Shown here one piece after another: positions 18,617-29,246 of a DNA stretch of 33,324 bases. A program made the position numbers and the translations under genes. Within the stretch, counting starts at the first letter, position 1. Every line of letters begins with the position of its first letter. The notes under the pieces are model-generated. The model was not told where the DNA came from, searched no databases, and was given only the letters and a program-made list of their open reading frames with translations. This DNA comes from a virus (lineage: Duplodnaviria > Heunggongvirae > Uroviricota > Caudoviricetes), in IMG/VR virus record IMGVR_UViG_2778261568_000008, positions 1-33,324 of that record; one strand, given 5' to 3'.

Positions 18617-19870
18617 ATGGCTAACCAATTAGCAAAAGACCTTGAAATCATGTTCGAAAACTACGTTGAAGGCTTTGAGGCCGCCTGCGTAGTTTCCCGT
18701 AACGCTAAAAAATTCCGTCCCGGCGATACAGCAATGCAGCGAGCAGGTGATGTTCTGTATCGTCCGCAGCATTACCACATGAACATTGAGGAAGGCCTAG
18801 ACCTCAGCGGCAAAACGCCAACAGCACTGGTTCAGCGCCTTGTTCCTTCTGTGTTCAAGGAGCCGAAAAACATTCTGTACACTCTGGATGCGCGTGAAAT
18901 GCGTGACCCGGAACATAAAACTGAAGCTGGTCGCGCCGCAGGTATGCGCCTTGCTGCACAGATTGACTCTGACCTGATTTCCATGGTTACGCAGCGTGCT
19001 ACTAACGTGATCACGATGGCTGACTCAACCACAGGTTCACAGGGCCGTGATTTGTGGAACTGTGCGGCAGGTATTGATGCCACCATGACGGCGATTGGTG
19101 TACCTCAGGGTATCAACCGTCGCTCTTTCTGGAATCCCTTCAACTACAAAGACCTTGCTGGCGAGCTTGGTCACCGTGCCTATGCTCAGGGCGCAACCCT
19201 GACAGCATACGAAAAAGCGCAGATCCCTCCGGTTGCTTCCTTTGATAGCTACAAGACCGATATTTCTGGTCGATTACCGAAAGGAAGCGCTGAATCCTTG
19301 ACAGTATCAGGCCAACCTGAACACAAGGTTGAAGCGAAAGATTCAAATGGTATGCCAGTTGATAACCGACAGGGGACTATTACGGTATCTGCATCTGGCT
19401 TGCAGGTTGGTGATGCGTTCACCATTGCCGGTGTGAATTCCGTACACCAGATCACAAAAGATACCACCGGGCAACCGCAGGTATTCCGTGTTCTGGCTGT
19501 TAGCGGAACTACCGTAACAATCTCTCCAAAGATTCTCCCTGTTGAAAATACCGATGTTGCGAGTCGTCCATATGCAAACGTCGATGCCAAACCGGCAGAA
19601 TCAGCAGCAATCACCATTCTCAACAAGAACGCAGCACCTGCTAACCTGTTCTGGGCTGATGGTTCTGTTGAGCTGATGTACGGCAAACTGGCGTTCCCGA
19701 CTGGTCAGGGTCCACAGGTAATGACAGCAACCACAGAGCAGGGCGCTACGCTGATCATGTCTTACGCCTTCGACCACATCAAAGGCGTAACCACTGCTCG
19801 TTTCACCACTCTGTACGGTTGCTCTGTACTTGTTCCTGAATATACGGGCATCGTTATTGCCGGGCAGTAA
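18617..19870 (+). CDS. Major capsid (coat) protein (P22 gp5-like)
   Basis: 417 aa following the scaffold gene; strong RBS and a terminator downstream. Confidence 0.85.
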   Translation: MANQLAKDLEIMFENYVEGFEAACVVSRNAKKFRPGDTAMQRAGDVLYRPQHYHMNIEEGLDLSGKTPTALVQRLVPSVFKEPKNILYTLDAREMRDPEHKTEAGRAAGMRLAAQIDSDLISMVTQRATNVITMADSTTGSQGRDLWNCAAGIDATMTAIGVPQGINRRSFWNPFNYKDLAGELGHRAYAQGATLTAYEKAQIPPVASFDSYKTDISGRLPKGSAESLTVSGQPEHKVEAKDSNGMPVDNRQGTITVSASGLQVGDAFTIAGVNSVHQITKDTTGQPQVFRVLAVSGTTVTISPKILPVENTDVASRPYANVDAKPAESAAITILNKNAAPANLFWADGSVELMYGKLAFPTGQGPQVMTATTEQGATLIMSYAFDHIKGVTTARFTTLYGCSVLVPEYTGIVIAGQ

Positions 19871-19877
19871 TTTTGGT

Positions 19878-19900
19878 GGGGCTTCGGCCCCATTTTTATT
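19878..19900 (+). terminator. Rho-independent terminator after the coat gene
   Basis: GGGGC-TTCG-GCCCC hairpin followed by ATTTTTATT. Confidence 0.6.
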
Positions 19901-19911
19901 GGGAGAAGACA

Positions 19912-20100
19912 ATGGCACGAACAATGCTCTATAAGCCTGGCAACATGATCACCTGTGGTCAGTTTGCTGTCGATTACATCATTGTTGATGACGAAGAAGT
20001 TAAATCTCACCTGAAAAAAGGTTGGGTGAAAACTCCTGAAGAAACCGCAACGAAGCAAAAAGTGGCTAAGGCGGAAGAAGATGGCGAAAACGAAGGGTGA
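19912..20100 (+). CDS. Small hypothetical head-region protein (62 aa)
   Basis: GGGAGAAG RBS before the ATG at 19912. Confidence 0.45.
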   Translation: MARTMLYKPGNMITCGQFAVDYIIVDDEEVKSHLKKGWVKTPEETATKQKVAKAEEDGENEG

Positions 20101-20542
20101 TCTCGTTCTAAAGGCTTTACGAAAAGCTGGGCTGTATTCCAATGCCACGTTGACAGATGCTGATCCTCAGGCAATTGAAGATGCCATTAATGACCTCGAA
20201 GACATGATGGCAGCATGGCAGGCTAAAGGTATCGAGCTTGGGTATCAGTTTGCTGATACAGAAAACGGCATCATGCCGTTACCTGACGATGATTCAGGTA
20301 TCCCTGCATGGGCAAATGATGGCGTCGCTTTGAAACTCGCTGTGCAAGTGTGCATGGATAACGTCATTCAGCCGTCAGACGCTCTCCTTACCGCTGCTGA
20401 CAGTGCATATCAGACAATCTGCATCGCTTTAACCAAAATACCACCACTTGAGCGGCGAAATGACATGCCTCGCGGTAGTGGTAACAAAAGCGCGTTTACG
20501 TGGAATCGGTTTTACATCGAGAAAGATGATCCGAGTACGTGA
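20081..20542 (+). CDS. Head completion / tail adaptor protein (P22 gp4-like)
   Basis: MAKTKGDLVLKALRKAG ... GSGN resembles P22 gp4. Confidence 0.8.
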   Translation: MAKTKGDLVLKALRKAGLYSNATLTDADPQAIEDAINDLEDMMAAWQAKGIELGYQFADTENGIMPLPDDDSGIPAWANDGVALKLAVQVCMDNVIQPSDALLTAADSAYQTICIALTKIPPLERRNDMPRGSGNKSAFTWNRFYIEKDDPST

Positions 20543-20551
20543 GGTGAATAA

Positions 20552-20656
20552 ATGCCGATTCAGCAACTTCCGCTTATGAAAGGTGTCGGCAAAGACTTTC
20601 GAAACGCCGACTATATCGACTATCTGCCAGTGAATATGCTGGCAATTTTGATATAA
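20552..20656 (+). pseudogene. Orphan 5' fragment of a gp10-like gene (31 conserved codons, then 3 junk codons and a stop)
   Basis: [31 protein letters not shown] matches the P22 gp10 N-terminus; GAGGTGA RBS retained; reading frame broken at about 20645. Confidence 0.6.
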
Positions 20657-20692
20657 TAAGTACATGAAAAATCGAAACTTTAAGGAGTAGAT

Positions 20693-21277
20693 ATGCTTTC
20701 TGAGAATGCTAAAGATATACCTGGATTTGAAGGTGTTTATGCCGTAACAGAAGATGGCAGGGTGTATTCTCACTCACGTGTTGTTAAGGCTGCGCATGGC
20801 AGCACGCAACTCAGAAAGGGGCGCTGGTTAAAGCCTAAAATAAATCAGGGAAGGGTGCTTTATAATATCGGAGCAAAATGGACTTTTGCCCATCGAATCG
20901 TTGCAATGACATTCCTGCCAAATCCTGAAAACAAGCCTCAGGTAAATCATATTGATGGCAATCCACTCAATAATAACGTCAATAATCTTGAGTGGTGCAC
21001 TCAAAGCGAAAACATCAAACATGCATACGCCACAGGATTAAAGAAACCAATCAAGTTTTTCGGAACCAAGCACCCAAAACACAAGTTGAGTGATGACGAT
21101 GTTCTTGCAATCAAGTCATCAAAAGAAAGCTTGTCAGTAATTGCGGCTAAGTACGGGATATCTAAGACCTGGGCAAGTAGGCTAAAGCGTGATGCTAACT
21201 GGGTTCATATAAAGGTTGATTCCAATGGCAATACAACAACTACCACTAATGAAGGGATTAGGGAAAAGTGCGGTTAA
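20693..21277 (+). CDS. HNH homing endonuclease (NUMOD4-like N-terminus plus HNH motif)
   Basis: IPGFEGVYAVTEDGRVYS and NHIDGNPLNNNVNNLEWCTQSENIKH motifs; AAGGAG RBS; AT-rich. Confidence 0.85.
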   Translation: MLSENAKDIPGFEGVYAVTEDGRVYSHSRVVKAAHGSTQLRKGRWLKPKINQGRVLYNIGAKWTFAHRIVAMTFLPNPENKPQVNHIDGNPLNNNVNNLEWCTQSENIKHAYATGLKKPIKFFGTKHPKHKLSDDDVLAIKSSKESLSVIAAKYGISKTWASRLKRDANWVHIKVDSNGNTTTTTNEGIREKCG

Positions 21278-22643
21278 TGCTGATTATATAGACCAACTTC
21301 CAGTCAATCTTTTAGCTACGCCCAAGGAGGTGTTGAATTCATCGGGATATCTTCGCTCATTCCCGGGCATTGCCAAACGCTCTGATGTGAACGGTGTATC
21401 GCGCGGCGTCGAGTACAACATGGCGCAGAGTGCTGTTTATCGCGTGTGTGGTGGCAAACTGTACAAAGGAGAAAGCGAGGTTGGTGATATCGCCGGAAGT
21501 GGTCGTGTATCAATGGCGCATGGTCGGACATCACAGGCGGTAGGCGTTAATGGTCAACTGGTCGAGTATCGCTATGATGGTACGGTTAAAACCGTCTCAA
21601 ACTGGCCTACAGACAGTGGATTCACTCAGTATGAGTTAGGTTCAGTTCGCGACATTACGCGCTTACGTGGGCGTTATGCGTGGTCAAAAGACGGAACTGA
21701 TTCATGGTTTATCACTGACCTTGAAGACGAATCGCATCCTGACCGTTACAGTGCACAATATCGCGCAGAATCGCAGCCGGACGGCATCATCGGCATCGGA
21801 ACATGGCGAGATTTCATCGTCTGCTTTGGTTCATCGACGATTGAATACTTTTCCCTGACTGGGGCAACCACCGTTGGTGCCGCGTTGTATGTCGCACAGC
21901 CATCGCTGATGGTGCAGAAAGGTATTGCCGGGACTTACTGCAAAACACCATTCGCTGATTCGTATGCGTTCATCAGCAATCCGGCAACGGGTGCGCCGTC
22001 TGTGTACATCATCGGCTCCGGTCAGGTATCACCAATCGCCAGCGCGAGCATTGAGAAAATCCTCCGCTCCTACACTGCTGATGAACTGGCTGATGGTGTG
22101 ATGGAGTCTCTGCGATTTGATGCGCATGAGTTGCTGATTATCCATCTTCCGCGTCACGTCCTTGTGTACGATGCATCTTCAAGCGCCAATGGTCCGCAAT
22201 GGTGTGTGCTGAAAACAGGCCTGTATGACGATGTGTACCGCGCTATCGACTTCATTTACGAAGGCAATCAGATAACGTGCGGAGATAAGCTGGAGTCCGT
22301 GACCGGGAAATTGCAGTTCGATATCAGCAGCCAGTACGACAAGCAGCAGGAACACCTGCTGTTTACTCCGTTGTTCAAAGCGGATAACGCCAGAGTGTTT
22401 GACTTTGAGGTTGAATCGTCAACTGGCGTTGCGCAGTATGCTGACCGCCTTTTTCTCTCTGCAACCACTGACGGCATCAATTACGGGCGTGAGCAGATGA
22501 TTGAGCAGAATGAACCGTTCGTTTACGACAAACGCGTTTTGTGGAAGCGAGTAGGGCGCATCAGGAAAAATGTTGGCTTCAAATTGCGCGTTATCACGAA
22601 GTCACCTGTCACTCTGTCTGGCTGCCAGATAAGGATTGAGTAA
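21225..22643 (+). CDS. Tail accessory / hub protein (P22 gp10-like), intact copy
   Basis: ATG at 21225 inside the 3' end of the HNH ORF; N-terminus [11 protein letters not shown] recoded relative to the upstream fragment. Confidence 0.85.
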   Translation: MAIQQLPLMKGLGKSAVNADYIDQLPVNLLATPKEVLNSSGYLRSFPGIAKRSDVNGVSRGVEYNMAQSAVYRVCGGKLYKGESEVGDIAGSGRVSMAHGRTSQAVGVNGQLVEYRYDGTVKTVSNWPTDSGFTQYELGSVRDITRLRGRYAWSKDGTDSWFITDLEDESHPDRYSAQYRAESQPDGIIGIGTWRDFIVCFGSSTIEYFSLTGATTVGAALYVAQPSLMVQKGIAGTYCKTPFADSYAFISNPATGAPSVYIIGSGQVSPIASASIEKILRSYTADELADGVMESLRFDAHELLIIHLPRHVLVYDASSSANGPQWCVLKTGLYDDVYRAIDFIYEGNQITCGDKLESVTGKLQFDISSQYDKQQEHLLFTPLFKADNARVFDFEVESSTGVAQYADRLFLSATTDGINYGREQMIEQNEPFVYDKRVLWKRVGRIRKNVGFKLRVITKSPVTLSGCQIRIE

Positions 22644-23344
22644 TGGCGGATTCATCACTGAATAATCCTGTCGCGGTTCAGGCTACGCGCCTTGATGCTT
22701 CAATTTTGCCACGCAATATATTCAGCCAGTCTTACCTGCTGTATGTCATAAATCAGGGTGCTGATGTTGGCGCAATTGCCGGGAAGGCAAATCAGGCTGG
22801 TCAGGGCGCTTACGATGCTCAGGTAAAAAACGATGAACAGGACGTCGAACTGGCAGATCACGACGCAAGAATCACCGCAAACACAAAAGCGATAAATCTC
22901 CTTGAGGTCAGGTTAACAACCGCCGAAGGTAAGATAGTCGTACTGCGTAGCGATGTTGATTACTTGCTGGATGAGGTTATCGATATTCAGGCGCATCTGG
23001 TCACTGTTGACCAAAGACTGGATGGCGTAGAAAGCGATGTATCTGACATTAAGAGTGATTACGTATCAAAAACCGTAACCGAATTGCAGTCTCTTGAGTC
23101 ACCGCTGGATGTAAAAACATCATATTCAGTTGATGGAATTCAGGTTGTTGGAGCAAGAAATACCGGATGGACTGCAGCCACAGGTACACCTCTTCTTGGC
23201 TCATTCAACGCTAACCAGTCATACACGGTCGGCACTACGTACACACAATCCGAAGTCGCGGCTCTCGCTACAGGTTTGCAGCAGGCGCGGCAGCGTATTC
23301 TGGCGCTTGAAACGGCACTTAGATTACATGGGCTGATTGACTGA
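22643..23344 (+). CDS. Tail needle protein (P22 gp26-like)
   Basis: [26 protein letters not shown]-terminus and coiled-coil repeats. Confidence 0.85.
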   Translation: MADSSLNNPVAVQATRLDASILPRNIFSQSYLLYVINQGADVGAIAGKANQAGQGAYDAQVKNDEQDVELADHDARITANTKAINLLEVRLTTAEGKIVVLRSDVDYLLDEVIDIQAHLVTVDQRLDGVESDVSDIKSDYVSKTVTELQSLESPLDVKTSYSVDGIQVVGARNTGWTAATGTPLLGSFNANQSYTVGTTYTQSEVAALATGLQQARQRILALETALRLHGLID

Positions 23345-23799
23345 TGATTACATTCAAACCAACGCGAAACATTGACCTGATCGAAGCAGTCGGAAATCAC
23401 CCTGACATTATTGCCGGGAGCAACAACGGCGATGGATACGACTACAAACCTGAATGCCGTTACTTTGAGGTGAACGTGCACGGGCAGTTCGGCGGAATTG
23501 TTTACTATCAGGAGATTCAGCCGCTGACCTTTGATTGCCACGCCATGTACCTGCCAGAGATTCGCGGCTTCAGCAAGGAAATCGGGCTGTCGTTCTGGAG
23601 ATACATTCTGACTAACACCACCGTTCAGTGCGTCACATCGTTCGCTGCGCGCAAATTCCGCCACGGGCAGATGTACTGCGCAATGATTGGCCTTAAGCGT
23701 GTAGGGACCATCAAGAAATACTTCAAAGGCGTGGATGACGTGACTTTTTACAGCGCCACACGCGAAGAACTAATCGACTTCCTGAATCACGGGAGATAG
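23344..23799 (+). CDS. P22 gp14-like head/ejection-associated protein
   Basis: Position and size in the conserved order 4-10-26-14-7-20-16. Confidence 0.65.
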   Translation: MITFKPTRNIDLIEAVGNHPDIIAGSNNGDGYDYKPECRYFEVNVHGQFGGIVYYQEIQPLTFDCHAMYLPEIRGFSKEIGLSFWRYILTNTTVQCVTSFAARKFRHGQMYCAMIGLKRVGTIKKYFKGVDDVTFYSATREELIDFLNHGR

Positions 23800-23801
23800 C
23801 C

Positions 23802-24503
23802 ATGTTATATGCATTTAAGCTGGGCAGAAAACTGCGCGGCGAGGAACCTTGGTGCCCTGAAAAAGGCGGGAAAGGCGGGAAAAGTGGCAGCTCTGATAAA
23901 AGCGCAAAGTATGCCGCAGAAGCTCAGAAGTATGCCGCAGACCTGCAGAATAAGCAGTTCAACACCATCATGAATAACCTAAAGCCGTTTACTCCTCTGG
24001 CTGATAAGTATGTCGGCAGCCTCGAGAACTTATCGTCTCTGGAAGGGCAAGGTCAGGCGCTTAACCAGTATTACAACTCTCAGCAGTACAAAGATCTTGC
24101 TGGTCAGGCTCGCTATCAGAGTCTGGCGGCAGCGGAAGCAACAGGTGGATTGGGTTCCACCGCAACCAGTAATCAGTTAGCAACAATCGCACCAACGCTT
24201 GGTCAGCAATGGCTATCTGGTCAGATGAACAACTACCAGAATCTGGCAAATATTGGTCTTGGCGCACTGCAAGGTCAGGCAAACGCCGGGCAGACATATG
24301 CCAACAACATGAGTCAGATTTCGCAGCAAAGTGCGGCTCTTGCAGCGGCAAATGCCAACAGACCATCAGCAATGCAATCTGCTATTGGCGGAGGTGCGTC
24401 TGGTGCTATTGCTGGGGCTGGACTTGCGAAATTAATTGGTTCATCAACTCCGTGGGGGGCTGCGATCGGCGGCGGTCTTGGTCTGCTTGGCTCGTTGTTT
24501 TAA
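23802..24503 (+). CDS. Ejection protein (P22 gp7-like)
   Basis: Position and size; Gly/Ala/Gln-rich low-complexity sequence. Confidence 0.7.
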   Translation: MLYAFKLGRKLRGEEPWCPEKGGKGGKSGSSDKSAKYAAEAQKYAADLQNKQFNTIMNNLKPFTPLADKYVGSLENLSSLEGQGQALNQYYNSQQYKDLAGQARYQSLAAAEATGGLGSTATSNQLATIAPTLGQQWLSGQMNNYQNLANIGLGALQGQANAGQTYANNMSQISQQSAALAAANANRPSAMQSAIGGGASGAIAGAGLAKLIGSSTPWGAAIGGGLGLLGSLF

Positions 24504-24512
24504 GGGGTAATC

Positions 24513-25928
24513 ATGGCTACGTGGCAACAGGGTATTAATTCTGGTGGTTTTCTGGCTGGCATCGGTACGCAAAATGAGAATGCGCCAAAGGCAAGCGACA
24601 TTAACGCAACGCTTGGTCTGATCCGCGAAAACAATGAACTGGCTCGCTCAGGTGCAAATAACGTTGGTCTGACCGCGTTACGTGGTCTGGCTGGAGTTGC
24701 TGATATTTACAATCAGGAACAGCAACAGAAAGCTATTAGTGCGTTCAATAAGGTTCACGCTGATGCATGGGCTTCTGGTGATCCATCGGGACTATTTAAG
24801 TTTGCCCAGGAAAATCCAGCGTTTGTTGCACAGGCACAACAGGCGTTTTCCGGTCTTAATGAGCAGCAACGCAACGATATGGGTGATTTAGCCATGAGGG
24901 CTAACGTCGCTCTTTCTCAGGGACCGGAAGCCTACAGTAAATTCATTACTGACAACAAGGACAGGTTAAATCGCGTGGGGGCGAATGCTGACTGGATGAT
25001 TCAGACAGGTATCCAGAATCCAGAGCAGCTATCACACATGCTGACTACTATGTCTCTCGGTGCGCTTGGACCAGAAAAGGCGTTTGCTGTTCAGGACAAG
25101 ATGGCTGGTCGTGAAATTGACCGAGGCAAACTGGCAGAGACAATCCGCAGCAATCAGGCTGGAGAAGCACTTCAGGCGAGAGGGCAAAACCTTTCCTATC
25201 AGTCAGCAATGACTGGACACAATATCGCAGCACAACGCTTGGCTCTGGATCAGCAAGAGTTCGGGTTTAAGATGCAGCAAGCGCAGGAAAAGGCTCAGCA
25301 GTTGATTAGCGAAGCACCTAAGCTGTCAGTAAACATGGAAAAAGGCATCGAGACGGCTGTAAACAATGCCACAGCATCATCAAACTCAGCCAATTCCATG
25401 AGTGCGCTTGCTCAACAGTTCAGAGCAGAAAAACCAACGACAGGTTTGTTCGGTAACGCACAGAACATGTTCGCAAAACTTACCGGAAGCGATACGACAT
25501 TGCGTGATTTGCGCATTCGCCAAAATGCCCTTGTTAACAGTCAGGTTCTTAAATTCCTACCTCCCGGCCCAGCAACGGATAAAGACGTTGAGATCGTTCG
25601 ACAGGGTGCGCCAACTGACATGGATAACCCTGAGACGGTCGCAAGATGGCTTGATGCAATGGCAAACCTTGAGCGACGAAACGCGCAGTTTAATGAGTTT
25701 AAAGCCGAGTGGATGAGCGCGAATGGCAACCCTGGACAATCGCGTAATGGCGGTCAGATATTGGGGTTGGATGTTAAAAAAGGTGAATCATTGGGGAGTG
25801 CCGTTAAGCGGTATATGTCAATGAATACTGACGCAGCGCCAGCACAAGATTCGACACCTTCAGGTGAACCACGGAATCAGGTTGGATCATATACCTCAAA
25901 ATCAGGCATTCAATTTACGGTGGAATGA
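24513..25928 (+). CDS. Ejection protein (P22 gp20-like)
   Basis: 471 aa in the expected position. Confidence 0.7.
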   Translation: MATWQQGINSGGFLAGIGTQNENAPKASDINATLGLIRENNELARSGANNVGLTALRGLAGVADIYNQEQQQKAISAFNKVHADAWASGDPSGLFKFAQENPAFVAQAQQAFSGLNEQQRNDMGDLAMRANVALSQGPEAYSKFITDNKDRLNRVGANADWMIQTGIQNPEQLSHMLTTMSLGALGPEKAFAVQDKMAGREIDRGKLAETIRSNQAGEALQARGQNLSYQSAMTGHNIAAQRLALDQQEFGFKMQQAQEKAQQLISEAPKLSVNMEKGIETAVNNATASSNSANSMSALAQQFRAEKPTTGLFGNAQNMFAKLTGSDTTLRDLRIRQNALVNSQVLKFLPPGPATDKDVEIVRQGAPTDMDNPETVARWLDAMANLERRNAQFNEFKAEWMSANGNPGQSRNGGQILGLDVKKGESLGSAVKRYMSMNTDAAPAQDSTPSGEPRNQVGSYTSKSGIQFTVE

Positions 25929-27766
25929 TGAAAGTAACTGCAAACGGTAAGACATTTACCTTTCCTGATGGTACGAGCACCGAAGATATTGGCACCGCCA
26001 TTGATGAGTATTTTGCTGGTCAGGCTGTTCAGCAACAAACAGTTAATCAGGCCAATAATGCACCAACACGGGAAGAACCATCATTGATGCAACAAGCTGG
26101 CGATTGGCTCACTGGTGGTCAAAGTGCAGGGCAAATTGCAGAACAGGCTGGTCGTGGTCTGGTAAACATACCATTTGACGTATTGCAGGGCGGCGCAAGT
26201 CTGATTAATGCAATCAGCCAGGGGCTTGGTGGACCCAAGGTTTTGGATGATGTTTATCGTCCAGTAGACAGACCGACAGACCCCTACGCGCAAGCCGGTG
26301 AAACAATTGGTGGGTATTTAGTTCCAGGAGTTGGAACGGCAGGAAGCATGGCTATGGGATCACTGGCAGAGGCCGCAAATCAGAAAGGCGATTTCGCACA
26401 AAATGCAGCTAAAAATGCCGGAGTTAACCTTGCCGCTCAGGGTGTTCTTTCCGCAGCAGCAAAGGGAATAGGGCGTGGAATAACGGCTATAAAAGGTGAT
26501 ATTGCGCCAGAAGTAGCGAAGAAAATTGCCACATCAGAATCGATGGGCGTGACACCAATGACATCTGATGTTATCCCGCCGAAAAATGCTTTCACTCGCG
26601 GCCTTACTCAGGATGCCGAGGGGGCTTTGCTCGGGACAGGCTCAAAGCGAGCGGAGCAATATGCAACGCGTAGTAAGCTGGTAAGCAATTATTTTGACCG
26701 TTTTGGTGAGTACAACCCTGATGATGTGGTGAAATCTCTGACCACCACGTTAAGGGGGCGGAAGGATGCTGCTGGCGCTGTTATCAATGACGTCACCAAT
26801 AAAATGGGTAATGCCGCAGTTGATACTACAAATACCATGAATGCTCTGAATACAGCGATCGCAAGACAGGAACGGCTTGGGACGTCTGCCAATCAAAGCC
26901 TGCTTACATCCTTGCGTAACCTACGTGAAGAATTAGCAAACCCTGCAACTGATTTGGATGTTACGTTTGATCTCTTGCGTCAGCACAGAACAGCATTTAG
27001 ATCTAATGTTCAGGGAGATGCTATGGTCTTCCCCAACCAGGCAAAAGCAGCTACCAATATGGTAGAGAATGCAATGTCAAAAGACCTTCGTAACGCAGTT
27101 GCAAAAAACCTCGGTGCGTCAGACGCAGCAAAATACCTTAAAGCAAATTCCGATTATGCAAACGTTTATAATAAGGTGCTTAATAAAAACATTGCCAACA
27201 AGCTCAACAAGGCAAGCAGTGAAGCCAGTCCTGAACTTATAAATACCGTTGTATTAAGCAGAAAACCATCTGACGTGAAACGAATCTGGAGCGCACTGGA
27301 TGATAAGGGGAAAGATGCTATGCGTGCAGCTTACGTCAGCAAAATAGCGGAAAAGGCCGGTGACTCTCCAGCCAAGTTCATCACTGAAGTTAATAAGCTG
27401 AAATCTCAGTCAGGTGGTGAAATTTACAACACTATTTTTTCTGGAAAGCACATGAAAGAGCTTGATGCTCTTCATGAAGTTCTACAGCAAACAGCAAGGT
27501 CAGACACCGCAAATGTAGTAACTCAGACGGGGCAATCGCAAGCCAACAGGATAAGGACGATTGGCGCAACTGCGACCCTTGGCGTATCAATGGGGCTTGA
27601 GGCTGGTTTTGGTGCAATGATGCGCTTGTATGAGTCCAAAGCAGCAAGAAACATGCTTCTCCGCCTTGCAAACGTCAAGCCTGGAACTCCGGCATATGAG
27701 CGAGCGTTAAATCAGGCTGCTAACGCCGTTCGCCCTCTCCTAACTAACGAAGCTACCAGGCAGTAG
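25925..27766 (+). CDS. Ejection protein (P22 gp16-like)
   Basis: 613 aa in the expected position, overlapping the previous stop. Confidence 0.7.
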   Translation: MMKVTANGKTFTFPDGTSTEDIGTAIDEYFAGQAVQQQTVNQANNAPTREEPSLMQQAGDWLTGGQSAGQIAEQAGRGLVNIPFDVLQGGASLINAISQGLGGPKVLDDVYRPVDRPTDPYAQAGETIGGYLVPGVGTAGSMAMGSLAEAANQKGDFAQNAAKNAGVNLAAQGVLSAAAKGIGRGITAIKGDIAPEVAKKIATSESMGVTPMTSDVIPPKNAFTRGLTQDAEGALLGTGSKRAEQYATRSKLVSNYFDRFGEYNPDDVVKSLTTTLRGRKDAAGAVINDVTNKMGNAAVDTTNTMNALNTAIARQERLGTSANQSLLTSLRNLREELANPATDLDVTFDLLRQHRTAFRSNVQGDAMVFPNQAKAATNMVENAMSKDLRNAVAKNLGASDAAKYLKANSDYANVYNKVLNKNIANKLNKASSEASPELINTVVLSRKPSDVKRIWSALDDKGKDAMRAAYVSKIAEKAGDSPAKFITEVNKLKSQSGGEIYNTIFSGKHMKELDALHEVLQQTARSDTANVVTQTGQSQANRIRTIGATATLGVSMGLEAGFGAMMRLYESKAARNMLLRLANVKPGTPAYERALNQAANAVRPLLTNEATRQ

Positions 27767-27785
27767 AAATGAACGCCAAGGAAGG

Positions 27786-28115
27786 CTATTTAATTCTCTT
27801 TTCAATGGCTGCAATTATTGCTTTTCCTGATGTTTCAGGAGATTTTGTAGCCATATAAGACGAAAAAATCATGTCGGTCATTCTTTCATAACTTACTATT
27901 TCCCACTTAGCCAATGCATGGGACAGTTTGTAGTTGTCATCAGTTAGTGCCCTTATGGAATTTTTTAAGTGTTTATTCTCTTCTGTTAATCGCGCAATTT
28001 TTGTATCAATTTCATGTGAGCGATCTAATTCCTTAACCTGTTTCTTGAGGGCAGCTAACCCTGCATATAGTACGCAACAGGATATCCCAAGAGCGAGTAC
28101 TACTATTTCTAACAC
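27786..28115 (-). CDS. Membrane-anchored coiled-coil protein (109 aa)
   Basis: N-terminal TM segment, then heptad-rich sequence; AAGGAGG RBS; AT-rich; at the P22 sieA position. Confidence 0.6.
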   Translation of the reverse strand: MLEIVVLALGISCCVLYAGLAALKKQVKELDRSHEIDTKIARLTEENKHLKNSIRALTDDNYKLSHALAKWEIVSYERMTDMIFSSYMATKSPETSGKAIIAAIEKRIK

Positions 28116-28233
28116 ACCAACCTCCTTAGTTTTTCGCAGGATACCATGAAAAAAGTAAACATCTTTTGCCTACTTCACATTTGAATGGTTTGTCATTAGG
28201 ATGTTTCCGGTTTTTTCAAATATGGAAATTGAT

Positions 28234-28653
28234 ATGAAGAGGATTATCGGCGTTGTTGCTGGCGCTATATTGTTATCTGGGTGCGCAACTATTGTTGGTG
28301 ACGAAACACAGCTCGTGCAAGTGAACAGCAATCCTTCCGGTGCGAGCTTTAAAGTAAAAGACGAATCAGGCGTGATTGTTGCGCAAGGCAAGACCCCGCA
28401 AGGAGTAAGTCTTGCCAAGTCAGATGGTAGTTATTTTGGCAAAAAGAGCTACCAGATCACTATGGAAAAGGATGGGTACGAACCAGTTACCCTGCCAATC
28501 AAAGCCAATGCTAATGGTTGGTATATTGGTGGAAACCTTGTGTTTGGTGGGTTAATTGGTTGGCTTGCTGTAGATCCTTTTAATGGTGGGATGTATACCT
28601 TGAAGCCAAAAGAGGCAAACGCATCTCTTATACCATCAACAAAGCAAGACTAA
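28234..28653 (+). CDS. Lipoprotein (about 139 aa, lipobox LSGC)
   Basis: Signal peptide MKRIIGVVAGAILLSGC; start may instead be the ATG at 28222 or 28201. Confidence 0.75.
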   Translation: MKRIIGVVAGAILLSGCATIVGDETQLVQVNSNPSGASFKVKDESGVIVAQGKTPQGVSLAKSDGSYFGKKSYQITMEKDGYEPVTLPIKANANGWYIGGNLVFGGLIGWLAVDPFNGGMYTLKPKEANASLIPSTKQD

Positions 28654-28661
28654 TAAATAGG

Positions 28662-28685
28662 ACCCACCTTCAGGTGGGTTTTTTG
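28662..28685. terminator. Terminator hairpin between the convergent lipoprotein and mnt genes
   Basis: ACCCACC / GGTGGGT stem with 4-nt loop, TTTTTT on the plus strand. Confidence 0.6.
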
Positions 28686-28921
28686 TACAAATCCTTCAGC
28701 GTATCAAACACCATCTTCTTAACAAGCTCTGACTGCTCATCAGCGAGTCGTTCTGCATCGTCGCGATATCCAGTCACAGGCGATGGTTTTGATAGAGCAT
28801 CTTGGACGATTTGTAACAACTCGGAGTTCATTGATCTCCCATTCGCCTCCGCCCTGAATTTTAATTTCTCCCTTACTTCCATAGGCATACGGAAGTTAAA
28901 GTGCGGATCATCTCTAGCCAT
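28670..28921 (-). CDS. mnt: Mnt repressor (ribbon-helix-helix)
   Basis: 83 aa matching my recollection of P22 Mnt; its cognate 17-bp operator lies upstream. Confidence 0.9.
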   Translation of the reverse strand: MARDDPHFNFRMPMEVREKLKFRAEANGRSMNSELLQIVQDALSKPSPVTGYRDDAERLADEQSELVKKMVFDTLKDLYKKPT

Positions 28922-28943
28922 GCCATCACTCCAAGTTAGTGTA

Positions 28944-28995
28944 TTGACATGATAGAAGCACTCTACTATATTCTCAATAGGTCCACGGTGGACCT
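28944..28995. promoter_or_regulatory. immI control region: Pant (-35 TTGACA 28944-28949, -10 TATATT 28967-28972), Arc operator (28949-28969), Mnt operator (28979-28995, AGGTCCACGGTGGACCT)
   Basis: Perfect 17-bp palindrome and a 21-bp near-palindrome between divergent mnt and arc. Confidence 0.7.
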
Positions 28996-29011
28996 ATATT
29001 GTGAGGTAAAT

Positions 29012-29173
29012 ATGAAAGGAATGAGCAAGATGCCGCAGTTCAATTTGCGGTGGCCTAAAGAAGTATTAGATTTGGTACGCAAGGTGGCGGAAGAGAATGG
29101 TCGGTCTGTTAACTCTGAGATTTATCAGAGAGTAATGGAAAGCTTTAAGAAGGAAGGGCGCATTGGCGCGTAA
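29012..29173 (+). CDS. arc: Arc repressor (ribbon-helix-helix, 53 aa)
   Basis: [15 protein letters not shown] ... matches P22 Arc; GAGGT RBS. Confidence 0.9.
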   Translation: MKGMSKMPQFNLRWPKEVLDLVRKVAEENGRSVNSEIYQRVMESFKKEGRIGA

Positions 29174-29176
29174 AGT

Positions 29177-29246
29177 TGAAGCCCCAACTGCGGGAACAGT
29201 CAGGGCTTCGGTTGTCAGTAAATCCGTGGAGAAAAACCAACATGAA
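29177..29246 (-). ncRNA. Possible sar-type antisense RNA across the arc-ant junction
   Basis: In P22 a short antisense RNA covers the ant RBS; the same intercistronic arrangement and a GAAGCCC / GGGCTTC inverted repeat (29178-29209) are present. Boundaries are approximate. Confidence 0.3.

Noticed and set aside
24061-24538. Overlapping alternative-frame ORFs within the gp7-like ejection gene
   Set aside because: Artefacts of the low-complexity Gly/Ala/Gln-rich coding sequence.
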